DNA from: Wolbachia endosymbiont of Drosophila innubila
GTDB taxonomy: Bacteria; Pseudomonadota; Alphaproteobacteria; Rickettsiales; Anaplasmataceae
DNA: 32,000 nucleotides
Direction: 5' to 3'
Assembly (NCBI RefSeq): GCF_021378375.1
Contig: NZ_CP076228.1
Span: 810,001-842,000, forward strand
Shown: positions 18,220-27,560 of the stretch, in pieces
How positions within the stretch are numbered: position 1 is the stretch's first letter
Layout: each line of letters starts with the position of its first letter
Program-made: the position numbers and the translations under genes
Notes under the pieces: generated by a model
Seen by the model: the letters and a program-made list of their open reading frames with translations, nothing else
Told to the model about the DNA's origin: nothing
Database searches by the model: none

Positions 18220-18516
18220 TTAAGCAATATCATAAGAATTGGCTCCATGGTAAAAACGATTTAAACATTTCGAGCACTTTTCCAATTTTACCATAAATAA
18301 TTCAATAAACAACGGTTCTTTTGCAGAAGCTATATAACCAAGTCCATGTATACCTGGTAACATTAAGAGAATCACTCTTAAATCATTTGAATTAATGAAA
18401 ATTAGCATGCAAATCAGGACGTTTAATATTGCAAACATATAACTCACACCAAAGAGCATTGCAGGTCTTGTAAGACCTTTAAATAATTGATCTGTTTGTA
18501 TACTACCTGTGGACAT
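18220..18516 (-). CDS. virB3: type IV secretion protein VirB3
   Basis: 98-aa ORF with LFKGLTRPAMLFGV followed by two hydrophobic helices. It sits 6 nt upstream of virB4. Confidence 0.9.
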   Translation of the reverse strand: MSTGSIQTDQLFKGLTRPAMLFGVSYMFAILNVLICMLIFINSNDLRVILLMLPGIHGLGYIASAKEPLFIELFMVKLEKCSKCLNRFYHGANSYDIA

Positions 18517-18576
18517 ATCTTTAACCTTCTAATAATAGCTCTAACACTAATACTATATCATTATATTAAAAATCCA

Positions 18577-18605
18577 TTGAAACTAGTAGCACTTTAAGTT
18601 AAGAT
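18577..18605 (+). promoter_or_regulatory. Candidate lysS promoter in the virB3-lysS divergent spacer
   Basis: TTGAAA-N17-TAAGAT, 19 nt upstream of the lysS ATG. This would give a very short leader with no obvious SD. Confidence 0.25.
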
Positions 18606-18624
18606 ACATTATTTAATCCCGATA

Positions 18625-20160
18625 ATGACAAATTGGCCATTTCAAGAAGCAGAAAAAATATTGCAAGAGTTTCCTAATAAAAAAGAAATAATATTTGAAA
18701 CTGGTTATGGACCCTCTGGTTTACCCCACATAGGAACCTTTGGAGAGGTTTTCCGCACTACAGTTATTGTAAATGCATTAAAAAAAATAGCTCCTGGTAT
18801 AAAAACCAAAATCATTGCAGTTTCAGATGATATGGATGGTTTGCGAAAAATACCAGATAATGTGCCAAATCAAGAGATGCTAAGAGAGCACTTAAATAAA
18901 CCATTGACTATGATACCTGATCCATTTGGCACTCATCAGAGTTATGGTCATCATATGAATTCATTGTTGTGTAAATTTCTTGATATGTTTGAATTTGAAT
19001 ACGAGTTCAGGAGTGCAACAGAGTGTTATAAATCTGGCGTTTACGATGAAAAACTTTTACTCTTACTGAAAAATTATGATAAAGTGATGGACGTAATGCT
19101 TCCATCATTTCGGGAAGAAAGACAGCAGACTTATAGTCCATTCTTGCCAATATGCCCAAAAACTTCTCAAGTTTTACAAGTTCCAGTAATTGAAACAAAT
19201 ACAGAGAAAGGAACAATCACATATGAAGACCCAAACGGGGAAAAAATAGAAGTTCCAGTGACAAAAGGAAAATGTAAACTGCAATGGAAACCTGATTGGG
19301 GAATGAGGTGGGCCGCATTTGGAGTAAATTACGAAGCTCACGGAAAAGATTTAACTCCATCTGCTGTGCTTTCAAGTCAAATATGTGAAATACTTGGAGA
19401 AAAGCCACCACTTCTGTTTTGCTACGAGCTTTTCCTTGATAAAGAAGGAAAGAAAATATCAAAATCAAAAGGAAATGGCATTTCAATTGAAGAGTGGCTA
19501 ACTTACGCACCAACAGAGAGCTTAGCATTGTACATTTTTCAGAGTCCTAAAAAAGCTAAACGTTTATATTTTGATGTGATACCAAAATCAACTGATGAAT
19601 ATTTAGAATTTGTAAAGCGTTATCATGAGAACAAAGAAAAGGATATAAATAATCCTGCTTGGCACATTCACCAGGGCAATGTTCCCAGTATAGAAACTTC
19701 AGGCATAAATTTCTCACTACTTTTAAACCTAGCAGCAGCTTGTAATGCTGAAAACAAAGAGATCCTATGGGGTTTTATATCCTCTTATGCACCAAACGTT
19801 ACACCAGAAAATAATAAAATGCTTGATAGACTTTCAGACTTTGCAGTAAAGTATTATCACGATTTTATCAAGCCAACAAAATCATATAAAACTCCAAATG
19901 AAAAAGAAAAAGCAGCGTTACTAGATTTGAAGGACACTTTACATTCTCTATCTACAACTGCTACTGCTGAAGAAATTCAATCTCAGGTATTTTCTATTGG
20001 AAAAAAATATGATTACACCAACTTACGTGACTGGTTTCAGCTATTATATGAAACGTTACTTGGCCAAAAAACCGGTCCAAGAATGGGATCTTTCATAAAG
20101 CTTTACGGAATAGGTAATACGATTTCTCTCATAGAAAGCGCTACTAAATGTATACTTTAG
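18625..20160 (+). CDS. lysS: lysine--tRNA ligase, class I type
   Basis: 511-aa ORF with the class I signature region GPSGLPHIGTFGE and a KMSKS-like KISKSKGNG. This architecture is typical of alphaproteobacterial class I LysRS. Confidence 0.9.
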   Translation: MTNWPFQEAEKILQEFPNKKEIIFETGYGPSGLPHIGTFGEVFRTTVIVNALKKIAPGIKTKIIAVSDDMDGLRKIPDNVPNQEMLREHLNKPLTMIPDPFGTHQSYGHHMNSLLCKFLDMFEFEYEFRSATECYKSGVYDEKLLLLLKNYDKVMDVMLPSFREERQQTYSPFLPICPKTSQVLQVPVIETNTEKGTITYEDPNGEKIEVPVTKGKCKLQWKPDWGMRWAAFGVNYEAHGKDLTPSAVLSSQICEILGEKPPLLFCYELFLDKEGKKISKSKGNGISIEEWLTYAPTESLALYIFQSPKKAKRLYFDVIPKSTDEYLEFVKRYHENKEKDINNPAWHIHQGNVPSIETSGINFSLLLNLAAACNAENKEILWGFISSYAPNVTPENNKMLDRLSDFAVKYYHDFIKPTKSYKTPNEKEKAALLDLKDTLHSLSTTATAEEIQSQVFSIGKKYDYTNLRDWFQLLYETLLGQKTGPRMGSFIKLYGIGNTISLIESATKCIL

Positions 20161-20206
20161 AGTTTACCTCCTTTCATTTGAGCTCTTTAGTTTTAATAAG
20201 AATTCC

Positions 20207-20235
20207 TTGACAAACTCCGCTAGCCCCCTTATCAT
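20207..20235 (+). promoter_or_regulatory. Promoter-like motif P1 at the outer edge of repeat copy B
   Basis: TTGACA-N17-TATCAT (consensus -35, 5/6 -10), reading into the repeat. Both hexamers are conserved in all three copies. Confidence 0.4.
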
Positions 20236-20534
20236 GAAACTGAAGCTATTGTATTTGCTTTCGCCAATCTGCAGATTAAAAGGTAAGGATTACTTAATGT
20301 ATCGGCGTCTTATGTTCAATTTTTTGCAGTATATAGATACTGTATGTCTTTACAAAACTTCATCTACATCTAGATTTTTATCTAAATAAGCTGAACGCGC
20401 TTATAAAGCGTTACAAGACATCAAAAAATGCCAATACTCGACAGAGATAGTAAAAGACTAGCTAACTCGGGGATTCTTTGTCTTTTTTTCTGCTTAGTAA
20501 ACTTCTTAAACATTTGCAGCGTAAGTTAGTTGCA

Positions 20535-20563
20535 ATTAAAAGCAGCTTAATCTTGCTTGTCAA
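20535..20563 (-). promoter_or_regulatory. Promoter-like motif P2 inside repeat copy B, convergent with P1
   Basis: Reverse complement reads TTGACA-N17-TTTAAT. Confidence 0.35.
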
Positions 20564-20668
20564 GCGTTTAAAACATAAAAAACGCCAATATTTTAAAGCG
20601 GATAATAACCACGGGGCTTCTTTTGCCTTTTTTTTCATTTGGTAAATTTCTTAATGTTTGTGGCTGAA

Positions 20669-21176
20669 CGACAACCGTCATCCCGCTACTTGTTAGCGGG
20701 ATCTCTTGTTAGCGGCTGAGATACCGCGAATGAATCGCGGTATGACGGTTCGCGGCGGCATGAGAAGATAAGGTTTATACCTTGTCATCCCAGTGCTTGA
20801 CACTGGGATCCAGCTTTCTTTATAAATTCACCAAAAGTGCTTCATTCTATAACGCAAAACCCATACTCACCAAATCCAATGCATTACTTGCAATTAAGTT
20901 TCCTGGATCCCAGTGTCTGGGCACTGGGATGACACCATCATAAAGGAATCAGTGTCAGCTACTTTCATGACACCATTCTTTTTCCTGGATCCAAGTAGTC
21001 GAGCTACTTGGATGACAGCTAGCCTGACAACCGTCATCCCGCTACCTGTTAGCGGGATCTATGCTAAGAGATACCGCGAATGAATCGCGGTATGACGGTG
21101 TAGACGATGGTTAAGTATCCCGCTGCTTGTTAGCGCCGCGGCGGTATGACGGTTCGTGGTGGTATGACGTAGAGTG
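20669..21176. repeat. Array of short palindromic (hairpin) elements between repeat copy B and the alaS 3' end
   Basis: Hairpins with 9-10 bp stems at 20680-20702, 20721-20743, 20787-20809, 20907-20930, 20989-21013, 21036-21058 and 21071-21093. The pair 20669-20748 is repeated directly at 21025-21098. Confidence 0.9.
20784..20934. repeat. MITE-like unit: 30-bp terminal inverted repeats around a core of about 87 bp
   Basis: tgtcatcccagtgcttgacactgggatccag (20784-20813) and ctggatcccagtgtctgggcactgggatgaca (from about 20902 to 20934) are reverse complements of each other apart from the loop. Confidence 0.5.
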
Positions 21177-23744
21177 CTTAGAAGCTGTTATTTTGCTATA
21201 AATGGCTGTAATGGCATCATCTATTTTATTGCTATCACAGCCTGTTTGTGCAAGTTCAGCATTCCCACCACAGTTCTTTTTAACTGCTATGGATATTAGT
21301 TCTTTTGCGCTAATCTTATTGATTAAGTCTTTACTTACTTTAATAATCAAGACTGTTTTATCTTTTTCTGTTGCCGTAAAAGCTATTACCGTTTTTGGTT
21401 TTTGTTGCTGCAAAACAAACTCTCTTATTACATTTGCTGGAATATCAGTGAAAGTGTGGCTTATAAAATTTATTCCATTTATTTCGGTGCTTTTTATATT
21501 CTCTGCACTCACAAGCTTTTTATATAGGTTTTTTATTTTGGTTTCGGATTTTTTGTGTTCTTGACTTAAAATACTTAATCTGCTTGTTATTTCACTCACT
21601 GGCGCTTTTACGAATTCTGCAACTTTTTTTAAGTTAATTTCATTATCACGTACATAATTGATTGCTTCCTGACCAGTTAAAGCTTCAATTCTCCTCACTC
21701 CAAAAGCAACAGAACTCTCTGTTACTATCTTAAACAAACCAATTTCTCCAGTATGTTCAACGTGTGTGCCACCACACAGTTCCCTTGAATCTCCAATCTT
21801 CACTACTCTTACTTGGTTGCCATATTTTTCACCGAATAACGCCATAGCTCCTTCGTCTATTGCCTGATTCATGCTTTGAATTTTTGTAGATGCGGAAAGA
21901 TTTTCTCTGATTAGAGAGTTTACCATATCCTCTACCCAAAACAACTGATCTTGAGTCATTTGAGTGTTATGGCTGAAGTCGAATCTCAGTCTATCTGGTG
22001 CAACTAGGGAACCTTTTTGAGTGACATGATCACCTAGAATTTTTCTGAGTGTAAAGTGCAGAAGATGTGTAGCTGAATGATTTCTTCTTAAGGTTTGCCT
22101 TCTTTCCTTGTCAATGCTTGCTGCAACTGTGTTACCTTTACAAATTGAACCGAACTTAACTATGCATCTGTGCAAATATAGGTCATTAACCTTATTGGTA
22201 TTCTCGACTATAATAATACTTCTATCAGATTTGATCAGACTGCCAGTATCTCCCACTTGTCCACCTGACTCGCCATAAAAAGGTGTTTTATCAAGTATAA
22301 TGGTTATCTTTTCTCCCTCCTTTGCAGAATCAATTACTTCATTTTTAGAGGAAACTATAGCTAGTATTTTCGCATCACTTACTTCATTGAACTCATAACC
22401 AACAAATTTTGTTTTGCCAAATTTATTGATCAAATCAAACCATACTTGCTCAACAGATTTTTCACCAGATCCAGCCCATTTAGCACGTGCTCTCTCTTTT
22501 TGTTCTCCCATTGCATCATCAAAACCCTTCTGGTCAAAATTTATTTTTTTCTCTTTTAAAATATCAAGTGTAATATCCAAAGGAAATCCGTAGGTGTCAT
22601 ATAGCTTAAACGCTGATTCTCCAGGCAAAGTATCGCCCGATTTTAAATCTGTAGTGAATTTCTCCAGGAGATTGATACCTTTCATCAAAGTGTCTTTAAA
22701 GTTTTCTTCCTCTGATTTTAACGTCGTTTCTATTAAGCTTTTAGCTCTGACTAATTCAGCTCCCATATAAGCCGAACTCGTGCTATCTATCAACACTGGA
22801 AAAATACGATGGAGTAGGGAATCATTATATCCAAGCAGGTGAATATAACGTGTGGCTCTCCTAATTAATCTGCGTAATACGTAATTCCTGCCCTCATTTC
22901 CAGGAAGCACTCCTTCTGCGATGAGAAATGCAGCCGCGCGAAGATGATCTGCTATGATCTTATGCGCTATTTTATTTTCCGTTCTTCCACAGTACTCTTG
23001 TGATTTACTTATCAGAGCAGAAAATAGATCAATATCATAGTTATCATGGACGTTTTGCATAACAGCCGCTATTCTTTCAAGGCCCATTCCAGTATCGATG
23101 CATTTTTTTGGCAATTTGTGTAAATTACCTTCTTCATCTTTGTTAAACTCCATGAATACCAGATTCCAGATTTCAACAATTCTATCGCCCTCTTGTAAAT
23201 TAGGACTCCCATGGTCATAAAAAATTTCAGAACATGGACCGCACGGACCAGTGCTTCCCATACTCCAAAAGTTATCATCCGTTGTAATTCTTATGATTTT
23301 ATCACTTGAAAAGCCACTTATCTTACGCCAAATCTCGTACGCCTCATCATCAGTATGGTAGACGGTTATGGATAGTCTGTTTTTATCAAGAGATAACTCT
23401 TTAGTGATAAATTCCCACGCAAATTCTATCGCAGTTTCCTTAAAGTAATCACCGAAGCTAAAATTTCCGAGCATTTCAAAAAATGTGTGATGCCGAGTTG
23501 TATAGCCAACATTTTCCAGATCATTGTGTTTACCGCCTGCTCTTAGGCACTTTTGACTTGAGACAGCACGTTTCATTTCAGTTTTTTGAGCACCAGTAAA
23601 AATATTTTTAAACTGCACCATACCAGCATTTGTGAACATGAGCGTTGGGTCATGTTCTGGAATCAAAGGAGAAGAAGAAACCTGCTCGTGGTCATTATTT
23701 ACAAAAAATTTTATAAATCTTTCTCTGATTTCGTTTAGCTTCAT
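21111..23744 (-). CDS. alaS: alanine--tRNA ligase
   Basis: 877-aa ORF with [10 protein letters not shown], the editing-domain HSATHLLH...CGGTHV motifs, and a C-terminal C-Ala-like domain. The last 21 codons lie in repeat sequence. Confidence 0.95.
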   Translation of the reverse strand: MKLNEIRERFIKFFVNNDHEQVSSSPLIPEHDPTLMFTNAGMVQFKNIFTGAQKTEMKRAVSSQKCLRAGGKHNDLENVGYTTRHHTFFEMLGNFSFGDYFKETAIEFAWEFITKELSLDKNRLSITVYHTDDEAYEIWRKISGFSSDKIIRITTDDNFWSMGSTGPCGPCSEIFYDHGSPNLQEGDRIVEIWNLVFMEFNKDEEGNLHKLPKKCIDTGMGLERIAAVMQNVHDNYDIDLFSALISKSQEYCGRTENKIAHKIIADHLRAAAFLIAEGVLPGNEGRNYVLRRLIRRATRYIHLLGYNDSLLHRIFPVLIDSTSSAYMGAELVRAKSLIETTLKSEEENFKDTLMKGINLLEKFTTDLKSGDTLPGESAFKLYDTYGFPLDITLDILKEKKINFDQKGFDDAMGEQKERARAKWAGSGEKSVEQVWFDLINKFGKTKFVGYEFNEVSDAKILAIVSSKNEVIDSAKEGEKITIILDKTPFYGESGGQVGDTGSLIKSDRSIIIVENTNKVNDLYLHRCIVKFGSICKGNTVAASIDKERRQTLRRNHSATHLLHFTLRKILGDHVTQKGSLVAPDRLRFDFSHNTQMTQDQLFWVEDMVNSLIRENLSASTKIQSMNQAIDEGAMALFGEKYGNQVRVVKIGDSRELCGGTHVEHTGEIGLFKIVTESSVAFGVRRIEALTGQEAINYVRDNEINLKKVAEFVKAPVSEITSRLSILSQEHKKSETKIKNLYKKLVSAENIKSTEINGINFISHTFTDIPANVIREFVLQQQKPKTVIAFTATEKDKTVLIIKVSKDLINKISAKELISIAVKKNCGGNAELAQTGCDSNKIDDAITAIYSKITASKHSTSYHHEPSYRRGANKQRDT

Positions 23745-23768
23745 CGTTTTTATTGAGGTTATCTATAA

Positions 23769-23797
23769 ATAATAAGTTGTAATGGAAATAAAATCAA
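23769..23797 (-). promoter_or_regulatory. Candidate alaS promoter
   Basis: Reverse complement reads TTGATT-N17-TATTAT, 24 nt upstream of the alaS ATG. Confidence 0.3.
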
Positions 23798-23897
23798 TAC
23801 CACTCTCTAGATCTCAGAACTTCTAGTGACATGCACCTTGTGGTAAGAAAAAATCAATATATTCACGATAAATTTACCTCATATCTGTGTTTTATAT

Positions 23898-24353
23898 GTG
23901 GAAATTGGAATGGAAATTTATGTAGGCAAAGAAAAAAGAATAGCAAATGTGGTGACTCAACACTGGAATGACATAAAAAGATCAGACAGAGATTGGCCAG
24001 AAAGGCATGAAATAGACACTGCAGAAATAATGGAATCATGGCAGCATTGTTTTGTCATTGAAGTCAAGGATCAAGGTTATATTTGTGAAAATGCAGGAGA
24101 AAAGGCTGTTGAATTCTATGGTTTTGAGAAAAAGACGCGCATTGATAATAAGTATGCAATTGATGCACCATTTTTGCGACTATATAAAATAGATGCAGTT
24201 ATTGATAAACTTGATACTGTAATAGAGAGTAAATGCCCGATCAATGAAGAGGAAGAAAGTGAAAGTGTTAAAATGAGGCAAGTATTGTTGCCACTTGGGA
24301 ATAAAGAAGGTATAACACACATATTGGGCGTAATTACTTTTAAACTCCTTTAA
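23898..24353 (+). CDS. small PAS-like (PAS_5/DUF1457-type) protein
   Basis: 151-aa ORF (GTG start; alternative ATG at 23910). The pattern HW..IKR....PERHEID..EI....HCFVIE...and RQVLLPLGNKEGITHILGVI resembles the alphaproteobacterial single-PAS family. This is from memory, not from a search. Confidence 0.5.
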   Translation: MEIGMEIYVGKEKRIANVVTQHWNDIKRSDRDWPERHEIDTAEIMESWQHCFVIEVKDQGYICENAGEKAVEFYGFEKKTRIDNKYAIDAPFLRLYKIDAVIDKLDTVIESKCPINEEEESESVKMRQVLLPLGNKEGITHILGVITFKLL

Positions 24354-24367
24354 TATACAATTTTAAT

Positions 24368-24395
24368 TTGATTCTTTAATAAAATTATTTATACT
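24368..24395 (+). promoter_or_regulatory. Candidate rpmI-rplT promoter
   Basis: TTGATT-N16-TATACT, 56 nt upstream of the rpmI ATG. Confidence 0.3.
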
Positions 24396-24451
24396 AATGC
24401 TTAATTACTATTAAAGAACTCAATAGTAGTGCTTGTAAATTTATTTGGAAT

Positions 24452-24658
24452 ATGAAGAAAATAAAATTAAAAACCAAATCTTCTGTGAAAAAGCGCTTTC
24501 ACCTTACAGCTAAGGGTAAAGTTATTTCTACTCAGTCAGGCAAAAGGCATGGCATGGTAAAGAGAAGTAAATCTAATATTCGTAATCAGCGCGGTACAAC
24601 GATTCTTGGTAAATCTGACTCGCGTATAGTTAAGCTTCATATGCCTTACGGTATTTAA
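24452..24658 (+). CDS. rpmI: 50S ribosomal protein L35
   Basis: 68-aa basic ORF with [18 protein letters not shown]...GKRH, directly upstream of rplT. Confidence 0.9.
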   Translation: MKKIKLKTKSSVKKRFHLTAKGKVISTQSGKRHGMVKRSKSNIRNQRGTTILGKSDSRIVKLHMPYGI

Positions 24659-24678
24659 CAAAATGGAGGTAAAATAAA

Positions 24679-25044
24679 ATGGCTCGGGTAAAACGTGGAG
24701 TCACTACTCACGCTCGTCATAAAAAAATATTGAAACTGGCAAAGGGTTATAGAGGGCGTGCAAAAAGCTGTTATAGAATTGCATTACAAAGAGTTGAAAA
24801 AGCACTGCAATATGCTTACAGAGACAGAAGAACCCGTAAACGTGATTTCCGTAGCTTATGGATAATACGTATTAATGCAGCAGCAAGAGAGCATGGGCTT
24901 ACTTATGGTAGGTTTATGCATGGTCTTACACTTGCCGGCATTGATTTAAATAGAAAAATTCTTGCTGAGATGGCAGTTAATTATAAGGATGATTTTGCCA
25001 AATTAGTAGAAACTGTAAGTGGTAAATTAGCGGAGAATTCTTAA
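24679..25044 (+). CDS. rplT: 50S ribosomal protein L20
   Basis: 121-aa ORF starting [27 protein letters not shown], the canonical L20 N-terminus. Confidence 0.95.
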   Translation: MARVKRGVTTHARHKKILKLAKGYRGRAKSCYRIALQRVEKALQYAYRDRRTRKRDFRSLWIIRINAAAREHGLTYGRFMHGLTLAGIDLNRKILAEMAVNYKDDFAKLVETVSGKLAENS

Positions 25045-25056
25045 AGCAAAAACACC

Positions 25057-25956
25057 ATGAGAATTATTTTCATGGGATCACCAGGATTTGCTGTTAATTC
25101 TCTGAGCTTGTTACTGAAATCAAAGAGCGAAGTGGTGGTAGTATACACCAAGGCTCCAAAACCTTCGGGGCGTGGACAGAAGCCAACGAAATCTCCAGTA
25201 CATGTTATCGCTGAAGAAAGTAACATAGAGGTATGTACTCCTATCTCTCTAAAGTTCTCGGCAGAGCAAGAAAAATTTAGAAATTTCAAGCCAGACGTTG
25301 CGGTTGTTGCCGCGTATGGATTGATACTTCCAAGAGAAATTTTGAATATTCCTAAATATGGTTGTATTAATATTCATCCTTCATTACTACCAAGGTGGCG
25401 TGGTGCAGCCCCGATACAGCACACAATTTTAGCAGGAGATCAAGAAACCGGGGTTAGCATTATGCAATTGGATGAAGGATTAGATTCCGGCACTATTTTA
25501 AAACAGGAAAAATTTCTTATCGAAAAGAACGATAATTACAAGACATTGCATGATAAATTATCTAAGCTAGGCAGTGATTTACTGCTGAAAGTGCTAAACG
25601 AAATTGAAAAACAGCTTCCCTTAAAACAGAACGATAACGATGCATGTTACGCTGACAAAGTGGAAGACTATAAAATTTATGCAAGTGATGCTTGTGAAGT
25701 TGCTTATAGAAAAGTTAAAGCGTTTTACCCAAAAGCATTCATTAAGATAGAAAATAAACGTATCAGGATACTTGATGCTGACTTTGAAGCTCTCGCTTCA
25801 GAACAAGGTAAGATTGTTAACGATAATATGCACATAAGTTTAAAAGGTGGCACTTTAATTCCTAAAGTTGTACAAATGGAAGGGAGAAATCCTTGCAGTA
25901 TTGAAGATTTTATTCGTGGCTTGAAATCAAGCATGGTAAAAAAATTTATAGAATAG
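25057..25956 (+). CDS. fmt: methionyl-tRNA formyltransferase
   Basis: 299-aa ORF with [13 protein letters not shown] and the formyltransferase motif [17 protein letters not shown]. Confidence 0.9.
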   Translation: MRIIFMGSPGFAVNSLSLLLKSKSEVVVVYTKAPKPSGRGQKPTKSPVHVIAEESNIEVCTPISLKFSAEQEKFRNFKPDVAVVAAYGLILPREILNIPKYGCINIHPSLLPRWRGAAPIQHTILAGDQETGVSIMQLDEGLDSGTILKQEKFLIEKNDNYKTLHDKLSKLGSDLLLKVLNEIEKQLPLKQNDNDACYADKVEDYKIYASDACEVAYRKVKAFYPKAFIKIENKRIRILDADFEALASEQGKIVNDNMHISLKGGTLIPKVVQMEGRNPCSIEDFIRGLKSSMVKKFIE

Positions 25957-26036
25957 GCTGCTTTAAATTAGTGTAGAAATGTAATAGCTAAATTTCCTTT
26001 TCTTAGATATAATCTTAAAAAACTTTCCATATAAAA

Positions 26037-27548
26037 ATGAAAATAAAAAGAGCTTTAATATCAGTATACGATAAAACGAATATAATTGATCTTGCATCGT
26101 TTTTAACGCAGCAACAAATAGAAATTCTTTCAACGGGCAATACTTATAAAGTGCTATCTAGTGCAGGAATAAAAACACAAGAGGTCTCAGATTACACACA
26201 ATTTCCAGAGATACTGGGTGGTAGAGTAAAAACTTTACACCCCAAAATTCATGGAGGCATACTTTGCAATAGAGAAAAACACAAAACGGAAATACAAAAT
26301 CTAGGTATTGAGCCAATAGAACTGCTTATAACTAACCTATACCCATTTTGGGAGACAGTAAGTAGCGGCTCAAATGAAGAGCAAATTATAGAACAAATTG
26401 ATATCGGCGGAGTGGCGTTAATTAGAGCTGCAGCAAAAAACTTTCGTTTTACTTCAGTTATTTCTAGCATTCAAGACTATGAAGCACTGAAAGCTGAGAT
26501 GATAGAAAATAACAATAAAACAACATTGGAATATAGAAAACACTTAGCAACCAAAGCATTTGCTCTCACTGCACACTACGATTCTAATATTCACAGTTGG
26601 TTTTTATCCCAGAGTAAAAATAATGAGTTACCAGAGTTTTTTGCTCTATACGGGCATAAAGTACAAGAACTCAGGTATGGTGAAAATCCCCATCAAAAAG
26701 CTGCATTTTATAGTAATCAATTTACAGAATATCCGTTGGAAAAACTACATGGAAAAGAGTTGAGTTATAATAATATAGTAGATATAGAATCCGCACTTAA
26801 CATAACTTCTGAATTCGAAGAACCTGCAGCAGTGATAATCAAGCATAATAACCCATGTGGCGCTGCTATTGGTAATAATGCTTTGGAGGCATATGAAAAA
26901 GCTCTATCGTGCGATGAAGTAAGCAGTTTTGGTGGTATAGTTGCCTTAAACCGGGAGATAGATTTAAAGCTAGCAGAAAAATTAAACGAGATATTTTTGG
27001 AAGTAGTGATAGCACCATCGGTAAACAATGAGGCACTAAAAATTTTACAAAGAAAGAAAAATTTAAGAGTGATTATTCATAAATCTTTTCAACAAAATGT
27101 GAAATACCAAACTAAAAATGTTGTTGGTGGGTTTTTGGTGCAAGAAAATAATGACCACACAATAAAAGCAGAACAAGTAACAGAATGCACTGCAACAGAC
27201 AAAGAAAAAAAAGATCTTATTTTTGCCTGGAAAATATGTAAGCATGTGAAATCCAACGCAATAGTTATAGCAAAAGATGGTTGTGCTATTGGCATCGGTG
27301 CAGGGCAAACAAGCAGAATAGATAGTGTGAACATTGCAGTGAAAAAAGCAGGTGAAAAATGTAAAGGTGCAGTGCTTGCTTCAGATGCATTTTTTCCATT
27401 CCCAGATAGCATAGTAGAAAGTGCAAAACATGAGATTACAGCTATAATTCAGCCCGGCGGCTCGCTGAAAGATCAAGATGTGATAAAAGCTGCAAATGAA
27501 AATAAAATTGCTATGTTTTTCACTGGCGTTCGCAGTTTTTTCCATTAG
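26037..27548 (+). CDS. purH: bifunctional AICAR formyltransferase / IMP cyclohydrolase
   Basis: 503-aa ORF with RALISVYDKT, GGRVKTLHPKIHGGIL, YGENPHQ and the C-terminal FTGVRSFFH. Confidence 0.95.
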   Translation: MKIKRALISVYDKTNIIDLASFLTQQQIEILSTGNTYKVLSSAGIKTQEVSDYTQFPEILGGRVKTLHPKIHGGILCNREKHKTEIQNLGIEPIELLITNLYPFWETVSSGSNEEQIIEQIDIGGVALIRAAAKNFRFTSVISSIQDYEALKAEMIENNNKTTLEYRKHLATKAFALTAHYDSNIHSWFLSQSKNNELPEFFALYGHKVQELRYGENPHQKAAFYSNQFTEYPLEKLHGKELSYNNIVDIESALNITSEFEEPAAVIIKHNNPCGAAIGNNALEAYEKALSCDEVSSFGGIVALNREIDLKLAEKLNEIFLEVVIAPSVNNEALKILQRKKNLRVIIHKSFQQNVKYQTKNVVGGFLVQENNDHTIKAEQVTECTATDKEKKDLIFAWKICKHVKSNAIVIAKDGCAIGIGAGQTSRIDSVNIAVKKAGEKCKGAVLASDAFFPFPDSIVESAKHEITAIIQPGGSLKDQDVIKAANENKIAMFFTGVRSFFH

Positions 27549-27560
27549 GCTTTGTGTCTT

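Larger units (their letters stand above)
20206..20757 (+). repeat. Copy B of the 0.55-kb repeat family (inverted relative to copies A and C)
   Basis: By-eye alignment to the reverse complement of 27722-28257 shows only scattered substitutions and one hairpin-sized indel near 20695-20712. Confidence 0.9.

Noticed and set aside
20161-20205. Looked for an intrinsic terminator after lysS, and likewise after rpmE, fmt and ORF220
   Set aside because: I could not fold a convincing GC-rich stem followed by a T-run in any of these places, so no terminators are reported.
20669-21176. Possible CRISPR array, given the clustered short palindromic repeats
   Set aside because: The repeats are of several different sequence types, irregularly spaced, in both orientations and nested. 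There are no unique spacers of constant length and no cas genes.
21202-21564. 120-aa plus-strand ORF antisense to alaS, and similar ones antisense to purH (26249-26470, 26765-27028, 27063-27412), gpmI (28927-29235) and lysS (19007-19528)
   Set aside because: Shadow ORFs inside well-supported housekeeping genes.
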